64,000 nucleotides of DNA from Octopus sinensis (GCF_006345805.1 NC_043014.1:36022001-36086000), one strand, 5' to 3'. Positions 1-11,870 are shown, numbered from the stretch's first letter. Notes: generated by a model from the sequence alone, not told the origin. Translations and numbers: made by a program.

Positions 1-130
1 GAGCCCTTCTCCTTTACAGGTGTATGCTCAAAATTGGTCCTTTCACACTGGCCATTCTTCCAATATTCACCCACCTTTCAACAAACTTGCTGGAGGGCAA
101 CACTTCTCTCTCCACCCTCACTTTCATAAT
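1..130 (-). mobile_element. Tx1/L1-like LINE ORF2 C-terminal fragment (truncated by window edge)
   Basis: Minus frame KVRVEREVLPSSKFVERWVNIGRMASVKGPILSIHL*, paralogous to the 410-570 segment. Confidence 0.6.
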
Positions 131-575
131 CATAATAATAATAATTAATTCTTTTTATTGGCTACAAGGGCCGACAAACATGATTGGAAAACATAAAGGG
201 ACAAAAGGTTACAAAAGGTTACAAAAGGTTTTGTCCGTTTGTGAAAAAATCGAGTAAAAAGGCAGTTTAACAACGAAAAACTCCCAACAGAGGAGACGCT
301 TCGAAAAAAAGAAAAGGTCTCGCGTGGAAAAACCCATAAAAGCTACGGGAACCTGGTCAAAAGGTGGGTAGAGAGCCCCTTTCTCCTTTTATAATACCTT
401 TTTCAATTACAGGCGAAACCTGAGAATTGGTCCATTTACACTGGCCATTCTTGCACAATTCACCCACCTTTCAGAAAACTTGCTATCTGACAGCACTCTC
501 CTCTCTAACCTCATCTTCCTTTTCAAGTGAAACTTGAAAAAGTTGATGAGGCCTTGACCAAAGATGAAAGTGTCT
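130..575 (-). mobile_element. Tx1/L1-like LINE 3' end with (ATT)n tail
   Basis: Minus frame GLINFFKFHLKRKMRLERRVLSDSKFSERWVNCARMASVNGPILRFRL*, then a 3' UTR, AATAAA and an (ATT)n tail at about 130-150. Confidence 0.65.
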
Positions 576-820
576 ACCTACTAATTCTATCAGTACTTGA
601 CAGTTATTAGTCAAAGAAAATACACTTGTGGTGGTTGTTCTGATGCCTTGCATTCTGAGTTTAAATCCCATGAAGGTCTTCTTATCCTTCTGAGGTTGAT
701 AACTACTAGTGAAGTACTGAAGTAGATTTAAATGATCGACCTTTTCTCCTTCAAAAAAAATGCTGGTCTTATGTGTACTTAGGAGTCCACTATTCCCCAC
801 AAAATATATATGCATCAACG

Positions 821-1050
821 TATACTCTTTACTCTTTTACTTGTTTCAGTCATTTGACTCTGGCCATGCTGGAGCACTGCCTTTTTTAGTTGAGCAAGTC
901 GACCCCGGGACTTATTCTTTGTAAGCCCAGTACTTATTCTATCGGTCTCTTTTGCCGAACTGCTAAGTGACGGGGACATAAACACACCAGCATCGGTTGT
1001 CAATCAATGCTAGGGGGACAAACACACAACACACACTACACACCACACCA

Positions 1051-1102
<52 letters not shown>

Positions 1103-1281
1103 TATATATATACATATATACGACAGGCTTCTTTCAGTTTCCATCTACCAAATCCACTCACAAGGCATTGGTCAGCCCGGGGCTATAGCAGAAGACACTT
1201 GCTCAAGATGCTACGCAGTGGGACTGAACCCGGAACCATGTGGTTGGTTAGCAAGCTACTTACCACACAGCCACTCCTGCA
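821..1281 (-). mobile_element. tRNA-headed SINE, family A (internal TA/CA microsatellite)
   Basis: Head gcaggagtggctgtgtggt, B-box ggttcagtccc and conserved 3' half ending gaaacaagtaaaagagta; many paralogues in this window. Confidence 0.9.
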
Positions 1282-1324
1282 CTTATGTGTATTTTTGTTT
1301 TGGTATTAGTCTACTTCTATGGCT

Positions 1325-1490
1325 TGATAACAGGTGTTGGTTTGTTTACATCCCTGTAACTGAGCAATTTGGCAAAAATGAGACCAATAGGATAAGCGCG
1401 GGGGGGGGGGGTTCAATCTGTCTGACTAGGTTCTTCATGGCAGTACCCCAGCATGGCTGTACTCTCATGATTGAAACACTTAAAAGACAA
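1325..1490 (+). mobile_element. SINE family A-related 3' fragment
   Basis: Diverged match to the family A 3' half (ggcaaaaatgagaccaataggataag...ccccagcatggc). Confidence 0.6.
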
Positions 1491-1559
1491 GTAATGTTTA
1501 CAAAATCATGGAAAAGAAAAAGCAAACACAAGAAATTTGCGTGTGCGTGAGTGAGCAAT

Positions 1560-1590
<31 letters not shown>

Positions 1591-1882
1591 TGTGTGCACG
1601 CACACTTGTAAACATACACAATATACACACACACACATAGGAAAAGTAAGACATATATCAGCCATGACTCAGAAGGGTGTGTAGTGATAAACTATTTAAA
1701 CAAAACAGCAAAAATCTAGTAATAGGAAAAATTACAAACAAGAGAAGGTAAACAGGCACAGAAATAATTTGTCACACATATCACACTAAGAACTTATTTC
1801 CTTTTTTTTTTTCTTCTTCTTCTTCTACAATATAACTGAACATTTTTCTTTTGTCACTGGTTCACTGTATTTGTGACAACCA

Positions 1883-1909
1883 TTATGAAATTGCCAGTAT
1901 AACAGAGTC
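1883..1909 (-). CDS. candidate terminal coding exon 8 of the Ig receptor
   Basis: Acceptor acattcctttcag|GAC; phase 0 gives DSVILAIS*. Other phase-0 acceptors exist (about 4520 and 5170) and I found no AATAAA just downstream, so this exon is uncertain. Confidence 0.35.
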   Translation of the reverse strand, partial: DSVILAIS

Positions 1910-1964
1910 CTGAAAGGAATGTTACAAGCTTATATCACAAAGCATTGATTTACATTTTCTCTCT

Positions 1965-2450
<486 letters not shown>

Positions 2451-2467
2451 TTTTCTTGCTGATCTTT

Positions 2468-3222
2468 TTACCTCTTATTTGTTTCAGTCAATAGACTGTG
2501 GCCATGCTGGGGCACCACCTTAAAGAATTGTTTTAGTCAAATTAATAGACCCCGCCAGTACTATTTTCTTTTTTTTTTGTTTGTTTGTTTATCTTAATTC
2601 TGGCACTTATTCTATCAATCTGTCTTGCTGAACTGCCAAGTTATGGAGATGTAAACACGCCAACACTGGTTGTCAGGTAGTGGTGGGGGGACAAACACAG
2701 ACACACGCATATATACATGCATATATATACATATACACACATACATACATATATACACACACACATACATACATATATATACACACACATATATACATAC
2801 ATATATATATATACATACATACACACACACATATATATATATACATACATATACACACACACACACATATATATACATACATATACACACACACACACAT
2901 ATATATACATACATATACACACACACATATATATACATACATATACACACGCACACATATATATACATACATATACACACACACACATATATATACATAC
3001 ATATACACACACACATATATATATATATTTCATACATACATACATACATACATACACACACACACAATGAACTTCTTTCAGTTTTCGTCAACCAAATCCA
3101 CTTACAAGACTTTGGTCAGCCCGAGGCTGTAGTAGAAGACACTTGCCTAAAGTGCCATGCAGTGGGACTGAACCTGGAACTATGTGGTTGGGAAGTAACC
3201 CTATTACAACACAGCCATACAT
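2468..3222 (-). mobile_element. SINE family A, diverged, with expanded compound (CA/TA) microsatellite
   Basis: Family A halves flank about 360 bp of CATATA/CACA repeats (2700-3065). Confidence 0.85.
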
Positions 3223-3651
3223 GCTTACATTTTTTATACACACACACACACACTTATTTTATGGGATTTTTTGTTCAATGCTTCACTCAACCCAAAACTA
3301 AGGTGAAAGACACTTGCTCAAAGAATCATGAAGTGCAGTCAAATCTGACACAAACCATGTGATTGTAAAGCAAATTTTTACCCATATATGCATGTCCTGC
3401 CTTTTTGTTTATGCCACCATCATGCTCACCTGCTTTTAAAATGTTATTGGTGTAGCATATAGTAGTGTATGCATTATGTGTAGTGTTAGCAGTAGTAGGA
3501 TGTTTATTAGCTGTTTAGATACAATCAAAGACGTTACAACTGTGAACAACCAGTTTTATGTTTATCATTGTCCAATGTGTCAGATTTTCATACTGAATTT
3601 CATGGTTGATTACACTTTGTTTTCTTTTACTATTACTAATATAAAGGGTAA

Positions 3652-3915
3652 AGGTGGCGAGCTTGCAGAAACATTAGCATGCCGGGCAAAATGCTCAGCA
3701 GTATTTCGTCTGTCGCTACGTTCTGAGTTCAAATTCCGCCGAGGTCGACTTTGCCTTTCATCCTTTCGGGGTCGATAAATTAAGTACCAGTTACGCACTG
3801 GGATCGATAAATCAAGTACCAGTTACGCACTGGGGTCAATGTATTTGACTTAATCCCTTTGTCTGTCTTTGTTTGTCCCCTCTATGTTTAGCCCCTTGTG
3901 GGCAATAAAGAAATA
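3652..3915 (+). mobile_element. tRNA-headed SINE, family B, with 18-bp TSD
   Basis: Head ggcgagcttgcagaaac, B-box gagttcaaattcc and core gtcgactttgcctttcatcctttcggggtcgataaa; TSD tattactaatataaaggg at 3631-3648 and 3916-3933. Confidence 0.92.
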
Positions 3916-4060
3916 TATTACTAATATAAAGGGAGTAATTAACAAAAAACAAAAAAAAAAGATAAGACTGACTCAAAGCTGTCCTGCTCAGTATACCTGA
4001 AAAAGAGTAGTTAGGAATTTCATACAGTTTACCCAGTGTCAGCTGTTAGTACATTATGAC

Positions 4061-4420
4061 TTCAAATTCCATCAAGGTCAACTTTGTTTTTCATCCTATC
4101 AGGGTTGATAAAATAAGTACCTATTTACTACCCACAGAGAGGACAAAGAAGGACAGACAAACTAATTAAGTCGATTACATCGACCCCAGTGCATAAGTGG
4201 TACTTAATTTATCGACCCCGAAAGGATGAAAGGCAAAGTCGACCTCGGCGGAATTTGAACTCAGAACGTAAAGGCAGACGAAGTACCACTAAGCATTTCG
4301 CCTGGCATGCTAACGATTCTGCCAACACGCCACCTTTGATAAAATAAGTACCAGCTGAGCACTGAGGTCAGACTAATTGACACACCCCCTCCCCACCAAA
4401 ATTGCTAGCCTTGTGTCACA
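4061..4420. mobile_element. nested family B SINEs (young minus copy inside an older plus copy)
   Basis: Minus copy at about 4122-4334 flanked by duplicated gataaaataagtacc of the older element. Confidence 0.8.
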
Positions 4421-4560
4421 ATTTGAAATGAATATTAAATGTTTATGAGAACACAACAACCACTCCTCTAAGCTGGGTCATGTCAGTATCAGCCCAAGAA
4501 TCACTGAACTAAAAACATTAACTATAGTTAGACCATTTCAATAGTAATATTCAACTAGAA

Positions 4561-4990
4561 TGGATGTAGCCAGTCCACCTATGCATACCTTTCCTTCTCG
4601 GAACACAAAACTCTACTTGCCAAGACCTGTTGAGGCAAGTGAAAATCGAAATTGATCAACATCAATGGAAATTGCAGCTGTGATACCAGTGCCGGTGGTA
4701 CGTAAGAGAACCATCCGAACATGGCCGTTGCCAGCGCCGCCCGACTGACCTCATGCCGGTGGCAAGTTAAAAGCACCATCCGATCCTGGCCGTTTGCCAG
4801 CCTCGTCTGGCACGTAAAAAGCACCCACTACACTCACAGAGTGGTTGGCGTTAGGAAGGGCATCCAGCTGTAGAAACATTGCCAGATCAGATTGGGCTTG
4901 GTGCAGCCTTCTGGCTTCCCAGACCCCAGTTGAACCATCCAACCCATGCTAGCATGGAAAGCGGACGCTAAACGAAGATGATGATGAAGG
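4561..4990 (+). mobile_element. RTE LINE 3' UTR copy (family C), (GAT)n tail
   Basis: Motif ggttggcgttaggaagggcatccagctgtagaaac and a (GAT)n tail. The same sequence follows RTE ORF ends at 7600-8120, 19593-19960 and 52560-52845. Confidence 0.85.
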
Positions 4991-5302
4991 CACATATCAA
5001 CTTGACATTTATAATATAATACTGAACCGCTATCCAAGGAGATTAAAGCAAAGAAATATACTTTTCCACTTATTAGGTCACACTACTTTTACATATATCA
5101 AACGTAAGCTTCTCTTGTGTAAAAATGAGTAAAGCAATTTACATAGCTTCACGTAAGCACTATAAGCTTTAATGAGACAGAAAAAAGCCTGCAGGCCTAG
5201 TAGCTGGTTTCAAGCTACATGGCTACTGTTTGCTAAATAACGACTACTAATTAACCATCAGAGCATTTGCCATTCCATTATCTAAGACTAGGTGCTACAC
5301 TA

Positions 5303-5516
5303 TTTACTCTCTTATTTGTTTCAGTCATTTGACTGCGGCCATGCGGGAGCACCGCCTTTAAACCGAGCAACTCGACTCCGGGACTGATTCTTTGTAAGCC
5401 CAGTACTTATTCTATCGGTCCCTTTTGCTGAACCGCTAAGTGACGGGGACATAAACCACCAGCATCGGTTGTCAAGCAATGCTAGGGGGACAAACACAGA
5501 CACACAAACATACACG

Positions 5517-5553
<37 letters not shown>

Positions 5554-5728
5554 TACATAAATATACGACGGGCTTCTTTCAGTTTCCGTCTACCAAATCC
5601 ACTCACAAGGCTTTGGTCGCCCCGAGGCTATAGTAGAAGACACTTGCCCAAGGTGCCACGCAGTGGGACTGAACCCGGAACCATGTGGTTGGTTAGCAAG
5701 CTACTTACCACACAGCCACTCCTGTGCC
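5303..5728 (-). mobile_element. SINE family A
   Basis: Full-length match. Confidence 0.9.
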
Positions 5729-6362
5729 TATTTCTGAAATTTTAACACCAAAAGATAATTGATTACTCACTTAGCAATAGCGGGATAAGCTATTCTATTA
5801 ATGGCTTCAACAGTTAATTCAAGATTACATTTCTTGTCAGAGTACTATGGGTTTTCTTGCCGTGAATGACTTATATTGTAATTTCATTTCTTAATGTTTT
5901 TTTTATGTTGCAGAGAAGTATACAACAGAATTGATTCCATCACTAACACATTTTTTTTTCCCGTTTGCTAATTTGCTAAAGTTAAGACTTATGCAACAAA
6001 AAAAAACAAAAAAAGAAAACTCATTATAATAAAGCGCAATTAGGATGAATTGAGCCGACAATAACCTCCACGAAAGTTATAAATCTATATTATTGATAGA
6101 AATTTAAATGACAAATGGTACAGCACAAAAATAACACACAATAATATTCAGTTATATCACTAAGATCTTGTGTTGCCTTTCCTCCTGTGAAGCCTTTCAC
6201 CCCTCCAAATAAGTATCAGGCAAATTTAACTGAAATACCTCCTTCTTGCTGGCCTTGTGCCAAAATAGGAAATTATTATTGTTGCATTATAACTATTGTT
6301 GTTGTTGTTTTTTAGTTGTTAATGTTAGATGAACAGTAAATGTGCATGCGAAATAGACTTAC

Positions 6363-6417
6363 TTTCATTTTGTCAGTTTTTGCATAAATAGCATTTTCTC
6401 GTTCATCATAGTCCTTC
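6363..6417 (-). CDS. Ig-superfamily receptor exon 7 (cytoplasmic Tyr motif)
   Basis: Acceptor tgctttttttattttccag|G and donor AAA|gtaagt; 55 nt, phase 2-0, in frame with exon 6; RKDYDERENAIYAKTDKMK. Confidence 0.78.
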
Positions 6418-6529
6418 CTGGAAAATAAAAAAAGCAGAATTTCATTTTACTTTGTTTTATAAAGCAGTCAACACTTTTATGTCACACAATTTGTGAACCC
6501 TCCTCCCAGTCACAACACTATCTCATTGT

Positions 6530-7110
6530 AAACCAGCTTCAACAAACTTTGAAACCAGCTTCAACAAACTTTGAAACCAGCTTCAACAAACTTTGAAACC
6601 AGCTTCAACAAACTTTGAAACCAGCTTCAACAAACTTTGAAACCAGCTTCAACAAACTTTGAAACAAGCTTCAACAAACTTTGAAACAAGCTTCAACAAA
6701 CTTTGAAACAAGCTTCAACAAACTTTGAAACCAGCTTCAACAAACTTTGAAACCAGCTTCAACAAACTTTGAAACAAGCTTCAACAAACTTTGAAACCAG
6801 CTTCAACAAACTTTGAAACCAGCTTCAACAAACTTTGAAACCAGCTTCAACAAACTTTGAAACCAGCTTCAACAAACTTTGAAACCAGCTTCAACAAACT
6901 TTAAAACAAGCTTCAACAAACTTTGAAACAAGCTTCAACAAACTTCAACAAACTTTGAAACAAGCTTCAACAAACTTTGAAACCAGCTTCAACAAACTTT
7001 GAAACAAGCTTCAACAAACTTTGAAACCAGCTTCAACAAACTTTGAAACAAGCTTCAACAAACTTTGAAACAAGCTTCAACAAACTTTGAAACAAGCTTC
7101 AACAAACTTT
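6530..7110. repeat. 22-bp minisatellite (aaacc/aagcttcaacaaactttg)n, about 26 copies
   Basis: Period of 22 counted directly (ccagc at 6533, 6555...); two variants, aaaccagc and aaacaagc; no spacers. Confidence 0.97.
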
Positions 7111-7194
7111 ATCCCAGACATAGCTGCACAATCTTGCACTGAACTAAATCCCTGCTAATATTATAACAAGTATGACATGAATGAATTTCTTTTA

Positions 7195-7380
7195 TTTTTT
7201 ACTTGCTTCTGTTTCTGGACAGCAGCCATGCTGTGTTGGCAACCACCTGGAAAGGTTTAGTCAAACATATCGACCCCCAGTACCTCTTCTATCAGTCTCT
7301 TTTGCTGAACAACTAAGTCATGAATACATAAACAAACCAAAATCAATCATTAAGGCTGTGGGCGACAGACACAAAAATAA
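7195..7380 (-). mobile_element. SINE family A, diverged 3' half
   Basis: Matches ctatcagtctcttttgctgaac; followed by a microsatellite. Confidence 0.7.
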
Positions 7381-7520
7381 GATAGAGACATGCATATACA
7401 TACACACACACACATACATATATATACACACACACATATATATATATATACACACACACCACCACACCACACATACACACACATATATACATACATATAT
7501 ATATATACACACATGTACAT

Positions 7521-7551
<31 letters not shown>

Positions 7552-7599
7552 GATGCATACATACACATTGTGTAAAAAAGTTCTGATCTCTTAACTGCA

Positions 7600-8120
7600 G
7601 AGGGAATCTATGGTAGAGGTAGACCCAGGAAGACATGAGAGGAGGTTGTGAAGCATGATCTTTGAAGATTGGGCCTTACAGAGGCAATGATTAGTGACCG
7701 AGACCTTTGGCAATATGCTGTGCTTAAGAAGATCCATCAAGGCAAGTGAAATCACAGTTGTAGCCAAGGCTGAGGTCACATCACTGGCACCTGTGTCAGT
7801 GGCAAATAAGAAACATTGGGCCTCACAGAGGCAAAGTGGCCGATGCTGGTGTCATTCAACTGAGACTCATGCTGGTGGCACATAAGAAGAACAATTTGAG
7901 CATAGAGCCTCACAGAGGCTCATGTGGCCAATGCCAGAGTTATGCAACTGGCACGTAAAAGCACCCATTGCACTCTCAGAGTGGTTGGTGTTAGGAAGGT
8001 TATCCAACCATAGAAACCATGCCAAATCAGACTGGTTCCTGGTGCAGCCTCTCAGCTTACTAGCCCTGGTCGAACTGTCCAAACCATGCCAGCATGGACA
8101 ACGGACACTGAACGATGATG
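7600..8120 (+). mobile_element. 5'-truncated RTE LINE 3' end plus UTR
   Basis: agacccaggaagacatg...cacagaggcaatg matches 52430-52560, followed by the family C tail. Confidence 0.85.
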
Positions 8121-8255
8121 ATATACATATATAGAGATTTGGTGTTAGTCTTTATTTTGTACAACATGCTCTACTCAACACTTCAACACACTAACCAACA
8201 TATGCCCATTAGTCCAAAATATTACACACACACACAAATATATATATATACACAT

Positions 8256-8648
8256 AGGTGCAGGAGTGGCTGTGTGGTAAGTAGGTTGCTTACCAAACAC
8301 AGTTCTGGATTCAGTCCCACTGCATAGCACCTTGGGCAAGAGCCTTCTGCTATAACCTCAGGCCGACCAAGGCCTTGTCAGCAGATTTGGTAGACGGAAA
8401 CTGAAAGAAGCCCGTCGTATATATGTATATATATATGTGTGTGTATATGTATGTGTGTCTGTGTCCTCCCAACTTCGCTTGACACCGATGCTGGTGTGTT
8501 TATGTCCCTGTAACTTAGCAGTTCAGCAAAAGAGACCGAAAGAATAAGTACTAGGCTTACAAAGAATAAGTCCTAGGGTCAATTTGCTCGACTAAAGGCG
8601 GTGCTTCAGCATGGCGACAGTCAAATGACTGAAACAAGTAAAAGAATG
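8256..8648 (+). mobile_element. SINE family A (antisense to host gene)
   Basis: Head at 8256 and 3' end gaaacaagtaaaag at about 8645. Confidence 0.9.
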
Positions 8649-8717
8649 TATATATATATATATATACACACATACATGTATATATATATGCCTCATATAT
8701 TACATATATACACATAC

Positions 8718-9300
8718 ATCATCATCATCATCATCATTTAGCGTCCGTTCTCCATGCTAGCATGGGTTGGACGGTTCAACTGGGGTCTGTGAAGCTGGAA
8801 GGCTTCATCAGGCCCAGTCAGATCTGGCAGTGTTTCTACGGCTGGATGCCCTTCCTAACGCCAACCACTCCGTGAGTGTAGTGGGTGCTTTTTACGTGCC
8901 ACCCGCACAGGTGCCAGACAGAGCTGGCAAACGGCCACGAACGGATGGTGCTTTTACGTGTCACCGGCACGGGGCCAGGCGAGGCTGGCAACGGACACGA
9001 ACAGATGGTGCTTTTACGTGTCACCGGCACGGGGGCCAGACAGGGCTGGCAAACGGCCACGAACGGGTGGTGCTTTTACGTGTCACCGGCACGGGGGCCA
9101 GACAGAGCTGGCAACGAACATGAACGGATGGTGCTTTTACGTGCCACCGACACGGGGGCCAGACAGGGCTGGCAAACGGCTACGAACGGATGGTACTTTT
9201 ACGTGTCACCTGCACGGGGACCCTGATGTTGATTGACCTCAATTTGGTTTGATCTTGATTTTGACTGTTCTCACTGGTCTTGCCGGGTTTTCTCACGCAC
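8718..9300 (-). mobile_element. RTE 3' UTR copy with internal ~60-bp tandem array
   Basis: (CAT)n at 8718; about 6 units of ggtgcttttacgtgtcaccggcacggggg...ggcaaacggccacgaacggat at 8885-9215. Confidence 0.88.
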
Positions 9301-9310
9301 AGCATACCTC

Positions 9311-9410
9311 NNNNNNNNNNNNNNNNNNNNNNNNNNNNNNNNNNNNNNNNNNNNNNNNNNNNNNNNNNNNNNNNNNNNNNNNNNNNNNNNNNNNNNNNNN
9401 NNNNNNNNNN
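9311..9410. other. assembly gap (100 N)
   Basis: Run of N inside the intron between exons 6 and 7. Confidence 1.
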
Positions 9411-10070
9411 AACATATATGTATATATATATGTATATATGTATGTATATATGTATATGTATGTCTAAGTATGTATATATGTGGTGGGGGAGGTTGAATAT
9501 AAAATGGGATATCATTTCGTGAGATGAATAACATACACACTGAACTATCTTAAGGTTATCTTATGGGAACAATTTAAAGTATGAGCCAAGTGCAGCTGAA
9601 GTGTTCAAAATAGGAAAGTTATCTTGTTGGTGTGGAGGACATGCAAGATCACAATGTTATCTTGAAGGAAAAATTTAAAACAGGCTGCATAAGACAAAGT
9701 TTAAAGCAGGAAAGTTATCTTATGAGAAGAACAAATGACTAAAAAATAGCAAGAGCAGAAGGTTATCTTGAGAGAATAATTTAAAATAAGGTGGTGTGGG
9801 GTTGGCAAAACAAGAATAAAATTATCAACCATCATACAAACAATAACTCTGAGCACTTTCAATTCTGGTTGAATTCGCCCTTGGCCTACCACTAGGTCTC
9901 CTACCAGTTGGCTCAGCTTAAAGACTTAAAGAACAGAATATGTTTTTGTTTCTTACCTGTAACATTTAATCACAGGTGACATTTACTTGCATATATACAT
10001 ACATACTCCTAAGCTGATTTGAAATTAACCATTTGTTGAAAAATAATGTTTTAATTTCCAATGATTACAA

Positions 10071-10457
10071 CTCTTTACACTTTTACTTGTTTCAGTCATT
10101 TGACTGCGGCCATGCTGGAGCACCACCTTTAGTCAAGCAAATCAACCCCAGGACTTATTCTTTGTAAGCCTAAGTACTTATTCTATTGATCTGTTTTGCT
10201 GAACCACTAAGTTACGGGGGACGTAAACACACCAGCATCAGTTGTCAAGCAATGTTGCGGGGGGACAAACACAGACACACACACATATATATATACATAT
10301 ACAATATATACGACGGGCTTCTTTCAGTTTCCATTTATCAAATCCACTAACAAGGCTTTGGGCCACCTGAGGCTATAGTAGAAGACACTTGCCCAAGGTG
10401 CCACACAGTGGGACTGAACCCGGAACCAAGCTAATTACCACACAGCCACTCCTGTGC
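10071..10457 (-). mobile_element. SINE family A
   Basis: Full body with a small head deletion. Confidence 0.88.
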
Positions 10458-10666
10458 AACAAAATTTTAATATTGCAGGGCTTTAGTCAGTAAGTGTTAT
10501 TTCCTATCATAGGAAATCATAGGAAATGACTATTATTCCCTTCAGACTTTACTTTTGTGGCATGGACATCAATGTCTTGAAACTAACCTACATTCCATTA
10601 TATTTTTGATAGATTCAAAACTGAGCTGATAAAGCAGAAATTTCATTTCGTAAATATTCTGTTCAT

Positions 10667-10830
10667 AGGCGCAGGAGTGGCTGTGTGGTAAGTAGCTTGC
10701 TTACCAACCACATGGTTCCGGGTTCAGTCCCACTGCGTGACATCTTGGGCAAGTGTCTTCTGCTATAGCCCCGGGCCGACCAATGCCTTGTGAGTGGATT
10801 TGGTAGATGGAAACTGAAAGAAGCCCGTTT

Positions 10831-10864
<34 letters not shown>

Positions 10865-11270
10865 GCTTCCTGGCTACATGGTTTCGGGTTCAGTCCCACT
10901 GCGTGGCACTTTGGGTAGGTGTCTTCCACTATAGCCTCGAGCCGACCGGCGCTTTGTGATTGAATTCGGTAGGTGGAAGTTACTGCCGTGTGTGTATATG
11001 TGCGTGTAGGTGCTTGTGCCTCTCCGAAAGAGAGAGAGGGTATGTGTGTGTATATGTTTGTGTGTCTGTGTTTGTCCCCCTAGCATTGCTTGACAACCGA
11101 TGCTGGTATGTTTATGTCCCCGGCACTTAGCGGTTCGGCAAAAGAGACCGATAGAATAAGTACTGGGCTTACAAAGAATAAGTCCCGGGGTCGATTTGCT
11201 CGACTAAAGGCGGTACTCCAGCATGGCCGCAGTCAAATGACAAACAAGTAAAAGAGAGTAAAAGAGAGAA
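10667..11270 (+). mobile_element. SINE family A with doubled 5' half, inserted in an older repeat
   Basis: Heads at 10667 and about 10868, one 3' half. The flanks join as aaatattctgttc|aataccac, seen uninterrupted at about 16335-16360. Confidence 0.85.
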
Positions 11271-11614
11271 TACCACAAATTTGCTTGTTAGTTGCTTGAC
11301 TTTAACCCCTTAAGCATGTCACTTTGTGACTGATAAAATGTGCATCTGATCATGAGCAGAATTAGTGGAAAAGCATCAAAGTCATGTGTTTGAGAGGGAT
11401 TCTTTGAGGCTTTAATAAATGTAACAGAAGCAAAGTATGAAGGAAATGTCAGTCGTTTTTTCCTACTTTCTAGGAGTAAGCAAATGAGAAATAACAGTTA
11501 CTACCCAAGGAGAAAAATTGTGTTACACAATTTTATAGAACACTCCCATAGGCAGTGCTGTCTTAAGGCATGGTCTAAGAACCCAGTTCTGATCTATGCC
11601 TGTTGTAGCTTGCC

Positions 11615-11870
11615 ATCATCATCATCGTTTAACGTCCGTCTTCCATGCTAGCATGGGTTGGACGGTTCAACTGGGGTCTGGGAAGCCAGTAGGCTACGCC
11701 AGGCCCAGTCTGATCTGGCAGTGTTTCTACAGCTGGATGCCCTTCCTAATGCCAACCACTCTGTGAGTGTAGTGGGTGCTTTTTACGTGCCACCTGCACA
11801 GGTGCCAGACAAGGCTGGCAACGGCCACAATCGGATGGTGCTTTTTACGTGCCACCGGCACAGGGCCCAG
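11615..11870 (-). mobile_element. RTE 3' UTR copy (family C)
   Basis: (CAT)n followed by ccatgctagcatgggttggacggttcaac. Confidence 0.88.

Noticed and set aside
483-818. 111-aa minus ORF as a host exon
   Set aside because: Another frame of the same DNA is a clear Tx1-like ORF2 end; the remainder is SINE fragment.
3430-3510. Open minus-strand exon-like segment ending GCAG|gtgagc
   Set aside because: Phase-1 start is incompatible with exon 7 (phase 0), and the acceptor is weak.
5885-5950. Strong plus-strand acceptor (t-rich...gttgcag) suggesting an antisense gene
   Set aside because: No partner exons or convincing frame found.
6530-7110. 22-bp array as a CRISPR or coding repeat
   Set aside because: No spacers, eukaryotic context, and the period is not a multiple of 3.
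9957-10010. Donor-like cag|gtaaga
   Set aside because: The candidate exon has in-frame stops and the following intron would be only about 39 nt.
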